Below are positions 21,086 to 31,101 of a stretch of 64,000 nucleotides of DNA, piece by piece; positions within the stretch are counted from its first letter, which is position 1, and the number at the start of each line of letters is the position of its first letter. Position numbers and translations under genes: made by a program. The notes beneath the pieces are model-generated. The model worked only from the letters and a program-made list of their open reading frames with translations, was not told the origin of the DNA and did no database searches. The DNA is from an uncultured delta proteobacterium (GTDB lineage Bacteria > Myxococcota_A > Polyangia > Polyangiales > B10-G4), in assembly GCA_963727445.1 (NCBI GenBank), contig CAVSGI010000004.1:32001-96000 (forward strand). Reading direction: 5' to 3'.

Positions 21086-23278
21086 TCACTCCACACTTAT
21101 CGTGCTGAGAATTCCCTGCAACCGATCGTGCATCTCGGCCTCGGCCTCGGGATCGTCCAGGGGCGTGCGTTCCCCCGGGTCGGCGTCCACGTCGAAGAGC
21201 TGCTCTTCGTGGGTGGAGCGGTTCCAGATCAGCTTGTACTGATCGTAGTACAGGGCTGCGAGTCGGTCCGGCCGTCCGATCGCGACCTCCAGCTCGGCGA
21301 TGATCGGCCGATGCGGCGCAGGCTCGTGCCCGAGCGTCGTGAAGAGGAGACTTCGCCCGTGAAGCTCCATCCCTTCGCGCTCCTCGGCGCCAGTGAGATC
21401 GAGAAGCGTGGGAAGAATGTCGACGAGGGAAACCCGATCCGGGTATCGAGCAGGCGGCTCGCCCGGCACCCGGACCAGGAGCGGGACGTGAAGGCTCTCG
21501 GCGTAGAGTTTCTTCCCGTGGAGCGTGTCCCCGTGCTCGAGAAACTCCTCGCCGTGGTCGCTGAAGAACACCACGATCGTGTCGTCGAGCCAGCCCTCGG
21601 CGTCGAGCGAGTTCATCAAGAGCCCGAGATGATGATCGGCGTAGCGGATCTCGGAGTCGTACGACGCCATGGGGCCGGGGCCGAAGGTCTGTAGCTCGGG
21701 GTGCGGCTGGTACGGAATGTGGGGCGCTTCGTAGTGGAGGTAGAGCAGGAACGGCTCGTCCTTGTTTCGGTCGTTGAGCAGGTCGAGCGCCATGGCGGTG
21801 GTGAAGGGGCCGGCGTGCTGGCCGTGCTCTCGCCAGGTGAACATTTCGTACGCGCCGTCGTAGTGGGAGAAGCCCTGGCTCATGGTCGGGGTGAAGCGCC
21901 TCAGCCACTCGTCGACCACGGCGAACGTCTGATAGCCGGCGTCCGTGTAGAGCTCCGCCAGCATGATGTTGGCCGGGCTCACGTCGTTGACCCGAGGCCT
22001 GGGAACCCATTCGATGCCGCTGGGGTAGCGTCCGGTGAAGACGGATGCGATCGAGAGGCGCGTCGTCGATGAAGGTGCGATCGCGTTCTCGAACACCCAG
22101 CTCTCGCGGGCGAGGGTGTCGAGATAGGGCGTGATCCGTCTGGAATATCCCATGAAGCCCATGTGGTCGGCGCGGGTCGCATCGAAGCACACGAGGATGA
22201 TGTTGTATTTCTTCTGCTTGGATTCGGGGATCGCGCGATATCGCGGATCAGGTATCGCCCAGACGGCCGTCTGACTCGTGGCGTCTCGACCATCGCAGTT
22301 CTCGTCGATGCCGTTTCCCGGAATGTCCCGAACGGTAGGGCCGATGGAACCATCGAAGCCGGCACAGTCGCGACCTCCGAACAGGGCGCTCACTCCGTCG
22401 AAGTCGAAGTCCGTCAGGCGCTGGGCCGAGCGGAGGGCGAGCGCCGCCGGATCGTGACGGGATGCGATGTAGCTCGCGGCATCGACGTGTCCTTGGAGCA
22501 GGGCGGCGGCGGATGTGATGCATCCGATGGTGAAGATCACCGATACCCCGGTGAGCCACCAGCTGGAAGCCACCTGCCCGACCCACCCACGCAGTGTTCG
22601 CGGGAGGAGGAGGAATAGACCCCAGACGAAGAGAGCTACGCAAGCGTAGCCACCCAGCCAGGGGATGATGACGAGCTGCGCCAGGAGGCTGGAGTAGGCC
22701 GCGATCAGCCACGCGGATGTCGCACCCAGCAGGCTCGCCCATCCCAGCACCGAAAGAGGAAATGCGGCCGACGCGTTTCGGACCCGCGCCGGAAGCACCG
22801 CGCCCATCAGCCACACGAGCCCACTCGCGGTGGCCGCGCCGAATGCGCCGCTGATGCTCACCAACGCGGACGCAAAGGTGCGAATCTGAAAGGCGTCGGT
22901 CCGCTCCACCATGACGAACGCGGCGATGCCAGCCCCGACCGAAGCCATGAGGCTCGATATCGAGGCGCGAGCGAGCTTCGCGGCGCGCGTGCTCGGGTCT
23001 TCTTTCGAGCGTGCGGCGATCCAACGGCCTGCGACGATCGCCGGTATCGTGACGGCGGCAAGGACGAAGGAAGCGAAGGCGGTCAGGCCGAACGACGCCG
23101 AGGAAATCACCCAGGTGTCGGCTTCGAGCGCGTCCGCGTGGGATAGGATGGCTTCGGCGAGAGCCAACACCAGCCCGGAAGCCGAGCCAATCACCAGCCA
23201 CGACCGCCAGCCGACCAGCCGACGCCTGGTCTGGCTTTCCGCGCGATCCGTCGAAACTACAGGAACGAATTCCGCCAT
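21086..23278 (-). CDS. Membrane-anchored sulfatase-fold hydrolase/transferase with a putative metal-binding repeat
   Basis: TM N-terminus; DIPGNGIDENCDG; NIILVCFDATRADH, APSSTTRLS, PHIPY and FSDHGEEF. The start at ATG 23278 is inferred. Confidence 0.85.
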   Translation of the reverse strand: MAEFVPVVSTDRAESQTRRRLVGWRSWLVIGSASGLVLALAEAILSHADALEADTWVISSASFGLTAFASFVLAAVTIPAIVAGRWIAARSKEDPSTRAAKLARASISSLMASVGAGIAAFVMVERTDAFQIRTFASALVSISGAFGAATASGLVWLMGAVLPARVRNASAAFPLSVLGWASLLGATSAWLIAAYSSLLAQLVIIPWLGGYACVALFVWGLFLLLPRTLRGWVGQVASSWWLTGVSVIFTIGCITSAAALLQGHVDAASYIASRHDPAALALRSAQRLTDFDFDGVSALFGGRDCAGFDGSIGPTVRDIPGNGIDENCDGRDATSQTAVWAIPDPRYRAIPESKQKKYNIILVCFDATRADHMGFMGYSRRITPYLDTLARESWVFENAIAPSSTTRLSIASVFTGRYPSGIEWVPRPRVNDVSPANIMLAELYTDAGYQTFAVVDEWLRRFTPTMSQGFSHYDGAYEMFTWREHGQHAGPFTTAMALDLLNDRNKDEPFLLYLHYEAPHIPYQPHPELQTFGPGPMASYDSEIRYADHHLGLLMNSLDAEGWLDDTIVVFFSDHGEEFLEHGDTLHGKKLYAESLHVPLLVRVPGEPPARYPDRVSLVDILPTLLDLTGAEEREGMELHGRSLLFTTLGHEPAPHRPIIAELEVAIGRPDRLAALYYDQYKLIWNRSTHEEQLFDVDADPGERTPLDDPEAEAEMHDRLQGILSTISVE

Positions 23279-23384
23279 CTCGTTGCCGACCGCATCATGC
23301 GAAAGGCCGAGTGTAACGTGACGGACACCCGGTCGGAAGAATCCCGTTGATGCATTACCACGAGAAAATCGGCATGGGGGCTCG

Positions 23385-24530
23385 ATGATCGAGCTCGCCG
23401 CCATCCTCGCCTTCATCTCGTTCTTCGTGCTCGTGTCGGTGGGGATCGCCATTCTATTCGTCTTTGCTCTCGGGACAGGAACGAGAAAGGGGGAGCGGTT
23501 GCGGGAGCTTGGGCAGAGGCTGGGCCTGAGCTCGGCGGGGCCCCGGTGGATCGCGGGGACGCGCGAGGGCGTGCAGTGCTCGGTTCGCTTCGTGACGGAG
23601 GGTAGCGGCGACAACAAATCGAGCTGGACGTACGTCGAAGCCACCATCGACCCACCCCTGCGCCTCGGCCTCAATCTGCGCGCGCAGCACTGGCTGGGCG
23701 CTGCCTTCTCCGATCTGCTGGGCGCGCCGGATCTGCGCGTGGGCGACGCGGCCTTCGACGAGGCGTTCCGGCTCAGCGCTCTGGAGAAGGACGAGGTCCC
23801 GTCCTTGTTCGACCCGCAGCTCCGCACGCACTGCCTGTGGGCTCACCGGTCCTTCACGCGCTTCTGGCTGACCGACGATCGCGTGCACGCCAGCCTTCGC
23901 GGGCACAGCGTCGACGAGACGAAGATCCAGACCTACCTCGATGGTGTCGTCCGCATCGCCCTCGACGCGCGCCGGGCGCGTCTGGCGATGGGCCCCACCG
24001 CCCGGGAGCAGCAGGTGATCGATTCCTGGGGTCAGCTGGCGATCGCCACCGGCTACCGCTTCGTCCCGCAGACCCTCGCGCTCTCGGGCGAGAGCGGGCG
24101 GCACGAGTTCACAGTCGTGCCCATCCTCGGCGCGAGCGGATGGTCGACGCGCTTCCGCGTCACCTTCGATCGGCCACTGGGGGTGGCGCTGCACGTGCGA
24201 CGCGAGCACGCCCTGGCCTCTCTGGGGCGGCTCTTCGGCATGACCGACATCGAGGTGGGTGACCCTCGCTTCGACGACTTCTTCACCATCAAGGGCAGCG
24301 ACCCCGACACCATTCGTCACATCTTCGGCGAGGAGTCTCTGCGCACCGCCATCCTCGAGCTCTTCGCGGCGGCCAAGAGCTTCGAGATCCACGACGAGCA
24401 CCTCGACGCCGAGGCGATGGGGCTGGTAGCCGACGGCGCGGCGCTCGACCGGTCGCTCAAATCGGTGGTCGCGATCGCCGAGGGGCTTCGGAGCCGTCTC
24501 GCCGTTCCCTCGGGCGGAGCGTATCGGTAG
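23385..24530 (+). CDS. Hypothetical protein with an N-terminal TM helix and a duplicated domain
   Basis: PPLRLGLNLR...DLRVGDAAFDEAF is echoed by RPLGVALHVR...DIEVGDPRFDDFF. Confidence 0.75.
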   Translation: MIELAAILAFISFFVLVSVGIAILFVFALGTGTRKGERLRELGQRLGLSSAGPRWIAGTREGVQCSVRFVTEGSGDNKSSWTYVEATIDPPLRLGLNLRAQHWLGAAFSDLLGAPDLRVGDAAFDEAFRLSALEKDEVPSLFDPQLRTHCLWAHRSFTRFWLTDDRVHASLRGHSVDETKIQTYLDGVVRIALDARRARLAMGPTAREQQVIDSWGQLAIATGYRFVPQTLALSGESGRHEFTVVPILGASGWSTRFRVTFDRPLGVALHVRREHALASLGRLFGMTDIEVGDPRFDDFFTIKGSDPDTIRHIFGEESLRTAILELFAAAKSFEIHDEHLDAEAMGLVADGAALDRSLKSVVAIAEGLRSRLAVPSGGAYR

Positions 24531-24595
24531 GGGAGGATGGCGCTCCTCGGCCCTCTCGCGCGCCTCGTGGTAGAATCTAGCTTCGCGGGGGTCTC

Positions 24596-25315
24596 ATGGC
24601 GGATCATCAGCAGTTGAACATCCTGGTCATCGACGACGACCCGGCCATGCGCGAGCTTCTGGTGGACATCATCAAGAAGCGCGAGCATCAGGTCGTGGTC
24701 GCGGAGTCGGCGGAGGAGGGGCTCGAGCTCCTCCCTTACTGGACCTTTCAGGTCGCTTTCCTGGATCACAACCTCCCGGGCATGGAGGGCGTGGTCCTCG
24801 GCGAGTACCTGAGGCGCAACAACCCCGACATGACCATCGCGATGGTCACGGGGAGCGACGACCCGCGCGTCGAGAAGAAGAGCCGCAATCTGTCGCTGCG
24901 CTTCATCTCCAAACCCTTTTCGATGGACGACATCCTGCGCGTGATCGACGACACCGTCACCGCCGCCGAGGAGCGCGAGGAGCGGCGCAAGAAGGGTGAC
25001 GATCCCGACTACGAGCCCCCCATCGCGCGCTTCGTCGAGGATATCGAGGAGTGCTACGGCATCCCCAAGGTGCCCTCGCGCATCCAGGGCCGCCTCATCG
25101 AGACGCTCAAGCGCTCCTTGAACAATCTCCGGACAGCGAGCCGCTACACCGAGCGTGATCGCGTCGTCGCGCTCTCGGGGCTCTTGACGGCGCGAGTCCT
25201 CGGGGTGGATCTGCCCAAGAGCTCCGCAGGGCGGACGCTCTACGAAGAGTACGACGAGCTCATGAAGGAGCGCGGCCGGCGCACCGAGTTCGAGATCCGC
25301 GGCGCGGCCGAATAG
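24596..25315 (+). CDS. Response regulator (receiver plus unrecognised output domain)
   Basis: ILVIDDD, FLDHNLPG (phospho-Asp), MVTG and ISKPF. Confidence 0.88.
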   Translation: MADHQQLNILVIDDDPAMRELLVDIIKKREHQVVVAESAEEGLELLPYWTFQVAFLDHNLPGMEGVVLGEYLRRNNPDMTIAMVTGSDDPRVEKKSRNLSLRFISKPFSMDDILRVIDDTVTAAEEREERRKKGDDPDYEPPIARFVEDIEECYGIPKVPSRIQGRLIETLKRSLNNLRTASRYTERDRVVALSGLLTARVLGVDLPKSSAGRTLYEEYDELMKERGRRTEFEIRGAAE

Positions 25316-25326
25316 CGGGCGTCAGG

Positions 25327-26388
25327 TCACCTCGAGGCCCGCGTCGAAGCGCGGGCATGCCTGAGCAGCGTGCGTAGAGCGTCGACGTCGAGGGTCCCTT
25401 CCCAACGCTGCGACTCCCCGCCGACCCGCGCGACCCAGCTCACGTCGTGACAGCTCAGCCCGACCGCCACCTCGACGACGTCCGGGCCCCGCGAGAAGCG
25501 ATAGCCCTCCCACGTCGCGTTCTCCGCGGCGCACGCTCGTGCGCTGACCGGGCTGTAGCTGCGAGCCGCGACGAGGACCTCCGCCACATCGCCCGCTTGG
25601 CCACGCGCGACGCGTCGGGCTCGCCCCTGTATCGGGTGACCGGCGATCTGCCGGCCCGTACGCTGGCGCGTCGGCCCGCGCAGCAGGGCGCGCTCCACGT
25701 GAGTTGGCGCGGTCACGATCGCGACGACATCGTCGCCGAGCTGCCGCGAAGGCGTCGGTTCGGCCGCGCGAGGCGACCGCGTGTCGTCGGCCTGCGCCGG
25801 CCGCGGGTCGAACGCGCCGCTCCGGCAGAGCACGGACGCTTCGTCGTCACACTCGAGCAAGCGATCCCAGAGCTGCCCCGACGTCACATCGAAAGGCGCC
25901 CACGCGCCCGAGGCGGGCGTCCGGCCGACGAGCGCGCCGAGCGTCGTTCGCTGACCCATCTGGTTACACCCCTCGTTCGCGATGGCCACGGGGACGGTGG
26001 AGCGCCGGTAGCGCGTCGCCAACCGTTCGAATACCGGGCGCGCCAGCCCTTCGAGCGCGGCGAGCGCGTACACACGACCCGCTGGCGTCGCGTGCCGTAC
26101 GAGCGCTCGGAGGACAGGCACCCGTGCGTCTTCGGGGAGGCTGCGGAGCAGGTTGCGAATCCCCACGACCTCGCGGAGCGGAGCGCCGGTGACCCCGTAA
26201 TGAAAACCGCCCACGTGCTCCGCGAGGAGCACCGCGCGTGCGTCGTCCATCGCGTCGGCGGGGACCCCCCGTGCCCGGAGCGTGCGGATGACGCGCTCGG
26301 GCACGTCGCGTTGAGCGCGGGCCTCCGTGGCTCGCGAGAGGAGGAGGCCGAAGACCAGAGCACACCTGCACAAACCGCCCAGCATCAA
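25327..26388 (-). CDS. Hypothetical secreted protein
   Basis: Signal-peptide-like start in a long ORF that fills the gap. No family recognised. Confidence 0.55.
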   Translation of the reverse strand: MMLGGLCRCALVFGLLLSRATEARAQRDVPERVIRTLRARGVPADAMDDARAVLLAEHVGGFHYGVTGAPLREVVGIRNLLRSLPEDARVPVLRALVRHATPAGRVYALAALEGLARPVFERLATRYRRSTVPVAIANEGCNQMGQRTTLGALVGRTPASGAWAPFDVTSGQLWDRLLECDDEASVLCRSGAFDPRPAQADDTRSPRAAEPTPSRQLGDDVVAIVTAPTHVERALLRGPTRQRTGRQIAGHPIQGRARRVARGQAGDVAEVLVAARSYSPVSARACAAENATWEGYRFSRGPDVVEVAVGLSCHDVSWVARVGGESQRWEGTLDVDALRTLLRHARASTRASR

Positions 26389-26619
26389 GACGGTTCAAGC
26401 GAGATCCATGCCCACGCGTAACCACGAGATCGTTCGCACATCGAGGCGGACGCGTCCGCCCGCGACTCTCGATCGCGCAATCCTTGCCCTCTCGATACGG
26501 CACCGACGGCGCAGGGCGCCTGGGTCAGCGTCCCCTTCGAAGGCGTGCCTCGGAGCGCTCCCGCTTACGGAGCGTCTCGTCGTCCGAACGCTCTCCGTCA
26601 CGCACGACACGCGCCACCG

Positions 26620-26976
26620 CGGGACGCGCGGGAGCAAAGCGACCGCGAACGGCGCCATGGCCGCGGCGCCCGTGACCACGCGATGGGTCATGACGGTGGT
26701 CTGGTAGAGGTCTCGGTAGGCGAAATCGCGGTCCTCTGGATCGGTCGACGTTGCGAGCGTCTCGAGCGCCAGCGGGATCCAGGTGCTCTTCCCCTCGCCG
26801 CTCTTCATCTTCTTCCAGTCGATATCGTCGAGTCCCACCAGATCGAACGCGAGCTCCGTCTCACGGGCACGCTCGCGCACGACGGGGACGTCGACCTCGC
26901 GCGCCTTTGGAATCGAGCAGGCCGCCCGCACGGCGACGTAGTCGTTGGACTTCTCTACTGGCGCGCCGCACATCAT
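26620..26976 (-). pseudogene. Probable gene fragment (HEAT-like LDDIDW... segment)
   Basis: GLDDIDWKKMKSGEGKSTWIPLALETLATSTDPEDRDFAYRDLY...APFAVALL reads as protein, while the flanks lose coding character. Boundaries are approximate. Confidence 0.35.
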
Positions 26977-27149
26977 CAGCGTCCACTCGCCAACGGTCGT
27001 CGATGAGGTCGCGCATTGGATGCGATTATCACAGCGACGATCGGATAGCACCGCGAGGGATGCGCGGGCCGGGAAGGTTCTCGACGAAGCCGTCGTATTC
27101 GTCGTATCCAGACCCCGGGTTGCATCCGCAGCCATTCAGGAGATACCCG

Positions 27150-29231
27150 ATGACCTCACGAGAGAGCGCGCAGCTCGACATCACCGGCTCCGACTTGGCG
27201 CAGCTCGATGACGCGGGGGAGTTGCAGGGCGTGGTCGCGCTCAATCTGAGCCAGCCGACGCTGGAGAACCTGGAGCGGCTCGCCAAGAGCGCCACGCGGC
27301 TCGAGCGCCTCGTCCTCGGGCCCGGCTCGCCGCCTCTCGGTCTGGACGGCCTCGAAGTCTTGAGCAACGGCGCCTTCGAGCTGACTCATCTCGTGATGCC
27401 TCGCCAGAATCTCAAGGGCGCCAAGGCCGGGAAGCTGCTGGGGGGGGCAGCCTTCGAGAAGTTGGAGTATCTCGACGTCGGCGACAACCCGCTCACGGAT
27501 GCGTTCTTCAAGGCATTCGTGTCTCGTCCCCGTCCGACCCTTCACCATCTCGGATTGCGCTCGGTGAAGATGGGAAAGAAGGGGTTCGCCCAGTTGGCTG
27601 CCTCGTCGAGCTTTCCCGTCCTGGAGACGCTGTGGCTGGAAGCCGACGGCGCGCGAGCGATCGGTGGCGAGGCGGCGGCTATCGGGGAGTCCGGGAATTT
27701 CCGCAGCCTCCTCCGGCTGAACATGCAGGGGCTTGGTCTCGACAACGACGCGGTCGCGGGCCTCCTCGGCGCGAGCGGACTCCCCCGGCTCCACGAGCTC
27801 CACCTGGGCAGCAACGGGAACCTCGATCTGCCCGCCCTGATTCCCCGTCTGCCTGAGAGACTCTCGATGCCCCTGCGGAGGATCGACTTCCCCGGGTGGA
27901 CGAACGCCGATCTCCCCTGGGAGAGGCTCTCTTGGATGGCCGATCTGACGGTCTTCAAGAGCGAGGGCGGGTTGGTGGAGACAGGCGCCGAGGCCTTCAT
28001 TGCACGTGCGCCCCTGACGAATCTCACGGGCCTCGATCTTCGATTCTGCAAGCTCTCTCGCGCGGCCGTGGCGTTGCTCGCGAAGGTTCCCTTCGCACGG
28101 CTCCGACAGCTCGTCCTCTATCATACGCAGCTTTTCCCCGACGTGATCGGTCCGCTGCTCGAAGCCCCCTGGCTTTCGGACCTCGAGGCCATCTCGGTCG
28201 AGTCCGCAGAGGTGGGCGAGGACGCGCTCTCCGCTCTCTCGACGAGGACCACCTTCGACGGGCATCTGCGCGTACTGCCCGGCTGGACCAGCACGAGGAT
28301 CAATCGATTCGAGAGCGCTCCGTCTCCGGCACCCGACGAGGTGGCGCCGCAGGCAACGGAGGTGGCCGACCGGGCCTCCGCCCAGACCACGCCACCATCA
28401 GCCTCGAGCGATGACCCCTCGACGTCACCGGACGACTCCGCGGCGCCGTCCCTGCCCTCTGCCAAAGAGGCAGCACCGGCAGTTCTCGCGCTCCTACGAG
28501 CTCGATGCGAGGCCTCGTTCGGTGCAGGCAAGCTCCGCAAGCGTGATCTCGTCTTCGATCGTGGCGAGTGGAAGATGCGAGTGGCGATCAAGCCATTGCC
28601 ACGCCGCCAGATATCCGCTCTCGATCCGCACGAGCGTGTGGGAACCCTGCTCCACGTCCAGGTCGTGATCCGGATCACCGCCATCGAGCGCGTCTTGTCG
28701 CCAACCATGAGCGACAAGGACTTCGCGAGACTGGCGCTCGACACGGACGCGACGATCAAGCCGACGTTGCACGGACTGGTTCCATCGCCTGCCGACAAGC
28801 ACTTCTGGCGGCTCGAAGACGTGGGGGGGCTCGAGAGGATGGCGAGCCGAATCGCTGAGAGGCTCGAATCCATATCGCCGATGATGCACCCCGTGTCGGA
28901 TCTTGCGGTCTATGCAGCGCTGAACGACTCGATGCTCCTTCGGACCGACATCGTCGCCGACGCTACCGATGCGATGCGGTCTCGCGCGTCGTCCAGCGCG
29001 TGGCTGTCGTTTCTGCCTGCCAGTGGCCTCGTGGCAGCGCTCGCATTCTCCATTGCTGGGGATGAGGAGCGAGCCAAGCAGGCGTTGGAGGTATGGGCTA
29101 CGAATCCGAACAACCTCGACGCGAGCCCACACCTGGCAAACGCAGCGGGGATCAACCTTGCCGAACGTTACGCCTGTGCGCAGCGCGTGGGCACCCTCGT
29201 CGGTGTGGATCTGCCGGCGCCGTCACCCTGA
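27150..29231 (+). CDS. Leucine-rich-repeat protein with a Pro/Ser linker and an unknown C-terminal domain
   Basis: Repeats LEYLDVGDNPL, LHELHLGSN and LTGLDLRFCKL. ATG 27150 is preceded by CAGGAG. Confidence 0.75.
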   Translation: MTSRESAQLDITGSDLAQLDDAGELQGVVALNLSQPTLENLERLAKSATRLERLVLGPGSPPLGLDGLEVLSNGAFELTHLVMPRQNLKGAKAGKLLGGAAFEKLEYLDVGDNPLTDAFFKAFVSRPRPTLHHLGLRSVKMGKKGFAQLAASSSFPVLETLWLEADGARAIGGEAAAIGESGNFRSLLRLNMQGLGLDNDAVAGLLGASGLPRLHELHLGSNGNLDLPALIPRLPERLSMPLRRIDFPGWTNADLPWERLSWMADLTVFKSEGGLVETGAEAFIARAPLTNLTGLDLRFCKLSRAAVALLAKVPFARLRQLVLYHTQLFPDVIGPLLEAPWLSDLEAISVESAEVGEDALSALSTRTTFDGHLRVLPGWTSTRINRFESAPSPAPDEVAPQATEVADRASAQTTPPSASSDDPSTSPDDSAAPSLPSAKEAAPAVLALLRARCEASFGAGKLRKRDLVFDRGEWKMRVAIKPLPRRQISALDPHERVGTLLHVQVVIRITAIERVLSPTMSDKDFARLALDTDATIKPTLHGLVPSPADKHFWRLEDVGGLERMASRIAERLESISPMMHPVSDLAVYAALNDSMLLRTDIVADATDAMRSRASSSAWLSFLPASGLVAALAFSIAGDEERAKQALEVWATNPNNLDASPHLANAAGINLAERYACAQRVGTLVGVDLPAPSP

Positions 29232-29296
29232 GCGTCCGGGCGCGCTTTTCGTGGCCGCGCTTTGAATGGTGGGCCCCCTCTCCACAACCGCAAACC

Positions 29297-30556
29297 GTGC
29301 GCTCCGCTGTCCCGCTCCTTCTCCTCGGGCTCTTTGCCTGCCTCGCCTCCGTGTTTGCGCTCGGCTGTCGCCCGAGCGTGACGTGCGGGGCGGGGACGCA
29401 CCTCGCCCGGGACACCTGCGTCCCCGACACCCTCGCCGCCGACGGCGGGCTCGAAGACGCAGCGGCGCACGACGGCTCTCCCGACGATGGATTGCTGTCC
29501 GATGGAAGCGCTCGGGACGCGACCACGACGCGCGACGGTGGCGAGCCAGGCGACCTCCAGGACGGCGACCCTTGCCCCATCGACGCCAGCGGGAACAGCA
29601 CGCTGAGCCCATCCTGCGTGGGCGACTCGTTGCGCTATTGCAGCGGCGACTACGTGCGCATCACCGACTGCACCGAGCTCGGCGATCGCTGCCTCCCCGG
29701 CGCCACCGCGAGCGACCTCCCGCGCTGCGACGGAGGTGTGTATACGGCGTGCCACGTCTCGACGACCAGCACCACGTGCGCCGACAGCAGCCACGCGCTC
29801 CTCTGCGCCGGCGGCTACCCCAACGCCGCCGGCTTCACGTACACCATCGCGTGCGCCACGTTCGGCCCCGGCTACACGTGCCTGATGAGCACCACCGAAG
29901 GCGGCTGCTACCCGCCGGGCACGGTCCCCTGTGACGCGGCGAGCGCCGGGTCCCATTGCAGCGCGGACGGCGCGTCCATCGTCACGTGCAACGACGGCCT
30001 CGAGTACACAGTGCCCTGCGACAGCCGGACGCCGGGGTCGGTGTGCGATCTCGGTCCGGGCGACGAGCCCGTTTGCATCCTCCCAGGCGCGATGCGCTGC
30101 GAGCCCGGCACGATCGTGAGCCGCTGCATCAGCGACACAGTCATCGAGGAGTGCGATTACACGACCGCGCACGTCGGGACGTTCAGCTGCAACAGGGGCA
30201 CGCGATGCCGCGTGAGCGAGCTCGGCTTCGCGGAGTGTGTCCCCGACACGGCGATGTCCTGCGACCCCGCGACGGCGACGGCGCGTTGCGTCGATCACGA
30301 TCAGCTCGCGCGCTGCGACACCCGTGGATTCGAGGAGTTTCTCGACTGCACGACCGTGGGCATCGGATACCGTTGCGTCCCCGACTCGCCTGCGCGCTGC
30401 GACATGGTCACGGATTGCGACCCCTCGACTTTCGTGCCGACCTGCGACGGCGAAGTGGCCCAGAACTGCGAGCCCGGCGGATGGATCTCGGAGCAGGCGT
30501 GCGATCCATTCGTCCCCTGCCGCGTCGTCGACGGCGATGCAGGTTGCGCGTCCTGA
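29297..30556 (+). CDS. Cys-rich repeat lipoprotein
   Basis: Lipobox ALGC, a DGG-rich linker and about six Cys-rich repeats (CD.....S.C......C). Confidence 0.75.
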   Translation: MRSAVPLLLLGLFACLASVFALGCRPSVTCGAGTHLARDTCVPDTLAADGGLEDAAAHDGSPDDGLLSDGSARDATTTRDGGEPGDLQDGDPCPIDASGNSTLSPSCVGDSLRYCSGDYVRITDCTELGDRCLPGATASDLPRCDGGVYTACHVSTTSTTCADSSHALLCAGGYPNAAGFTYTIACATFGPGYTCLMSTTEGGCYPPGTVPCDAASAGSHCSADGASIVTCNDGLEYTVPCDSRTPGSVCDLGPGDEPVCILPGAMRCEPGTIVSRCISDTVIEECDYTTAHVGTFSCNRGTRCRVSELGFAECVPDTAMSCDPATATARCVDHDQLARCDTRGFEEFLDCTTVGIGYRCVPDSPARCDMVTDCDPSTFVPTCDGEVAQNCEPGGWISEQACDPFVPCRVVDGDAGCAS

Positions 30557-30603
30557 GCCCCGTGACCGTGAGCCGGTTACGGTTTTCCCCGCGCCGCCCT
30601 GCT

Positions 30604-30783
30604 ATGAGAACGACCACTTCATCCGCGAGCTTCGCATGGGAAGTCCTCGGCACGGTCGGCGCCCTGGTCGCCTCCGTCATCTGCGCCTTCGCTTTCAACA
30701 TCGTCGCGCCGATGATCGGCGGCATCCCGTTGTGGCTTCGGGTGGACACGTCGAAGCTGGCGGGTGGCGAGAAGAAGGCGTAG
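30604..30783 (+). CDS. Small membrane protein (59 aa)
   Basis: MRTTTSSASFAWEVLGTVGALVASVICAFAFNIVAPMIGG has a single hydrophobic helix and good codon bias. Confidence 0.45.
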   Translation: MRTTTSSASFAWEVLGTVGALVASVICAFAFNIVAPMIGGIPLWLRVDTSKLAGGEKKA

Positions 30784-31101
30784 GCCTGCGACGGACCGAC
30801 CGCTCGATGCATGAGCCGATCAGCCTGGGGGGAAGACGAGTGCGTCCCCATCCAAACCGAAGTCATCGAGAAGCGCACCAGCACCGCCCGGCCAACGATG
30901 AGGAGCGTCGGCATGGATCGGGTTTGGATGATGTCCTGCGTCACGGGAGCGTCGCCGAAGATCCGGACACGGGGGCCGCGGCGGCGCGAAAGGTGCTCTC
31001 AGAACCGGGAGCCCGGAGCGTTCTGGGCGTCGCCATGCACACCTTTTCCTACATGATTTCTATGCGAGCTGCCAGGTACACGCGTTGCACGCCCCACTCG
31101 C

